A stretch of DNA of 57,501 nucleotides, taken from an uncultured Candidatus Saccharibacteria bacterium. GTDB lineage: Bacteria > Patescibacteriota > Saccharimonadia > Saccharimonadales > CAYZZS01. The stretch spans positions 1 through 57,501 of the forward strand of contig CAYZZS010000005.1 of assembly GCA_964483035.1 (NCBI GenBank), read 5' to 3'. Under the pieces are notes generated by a model. It ran no database searches, had not been told where the DNA came from, and was given only the letters and a program-made list of their open reading frames with translations. Shown in pieces: positions 57,331 through 57,501 of the stretch (within the stretch, counting starts at the first letter, position 1; each line of letters starts with the position of its first letter). A program made the position numbers and the translations under genes.

Positions 57331-57501
57331 ATGACAATGCAATTTTTAACTCCTGAATTTTTTCAAACTAATCGCCGAAAACTTCGTGCGCTCTATAGCG
57401 ATACGGCGCTGATAGTAGTGACGGCAAACGGGCTGCTGCAGCGGAATGCTGATACGGCTTTTCCATTCAAACAGGACAGTAGTTTCTACTATCTGACCGG
57501 T
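57331..57501 (+). CDS. Xaa-Pro aminopeptidase (M24B), N-terminal fragment running off the window
   Basis: Open frame from ATG 57331 to the window end. FPFKQDSSFYYLTG matches the AMP_N/creatinase-like N-domain motif (FRQDSDFYYLTG). Confidence 0.6.
   Translation, partial: MTMQFLTPEFFQTNRRKLRALYSDTALIVVTANGLLQRNADTAFPFKQDSSFYYLTG

Overview
Gene-dense 57.5-kb window with about 58 CDS, mostly on the + strand, many joined by ATGA or 1-nt overlaps. No rRNA, complete tRNA, CRISPR array, transposase or integrase was seen. The gene content fits a reduced monoderm genome, probably Patescibacteria/CPR and Saccharibacteria-like (inference from compact AlaRS and MetRS, Gram-positive-type wall enzymes and very short intergenic regions). 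Housekeeping genes: ABC-2 transporter pair, GH37 trehalase, pyrE-like PRTase, metG, tatD, cysteine desulfurase, an F-type ATPase operon, mnmA, alaS, ftsA-like, ruvX, mltG, LysM-CHAP hydrolase, obg, sbcB, pheA, uvrA, rplY, ABC exporter, trhO, uvrC and a partial Xaa-Pro aminopeptidase. Four things merit follow-up. (1) A 10-kb accessory surface locus (18.3-28.3 kb) encodes five paralogous secreted proteins with pilin-like or WxL-like C-terminal 'PAGxY...aromatic' strands. They are interleaved with two membrane-anchored Ig-like, chaperone/CscA-like proteins, a PKD protein and a beta-helix protein. Two tandem paralogs share a 586-bp perfect repeat. (2) The ATPase operon runs b-delta-alpha-gamma-beta-epsilon but has no a or c genes. 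Their slot holds a 276-aa exported protein whose C-terminal hairpin resembles subunit c but has no carboxylate. (3) A strong promoter and a roughly 255-nt structured leader with terminator/antiterminator pairing precede a 4-gene operon ending in a 741-aa LysM, lysozyme-like and amidase wall hydrolase. (4) The alaS 3' end is duplicated around a small hairpin element that has a second, inverted copy at 39.2 kb. At least ten genes also have a TAYAAT -10 box 6-10 nt before the ATG and no SD, which suggests leaderless mRNAs.
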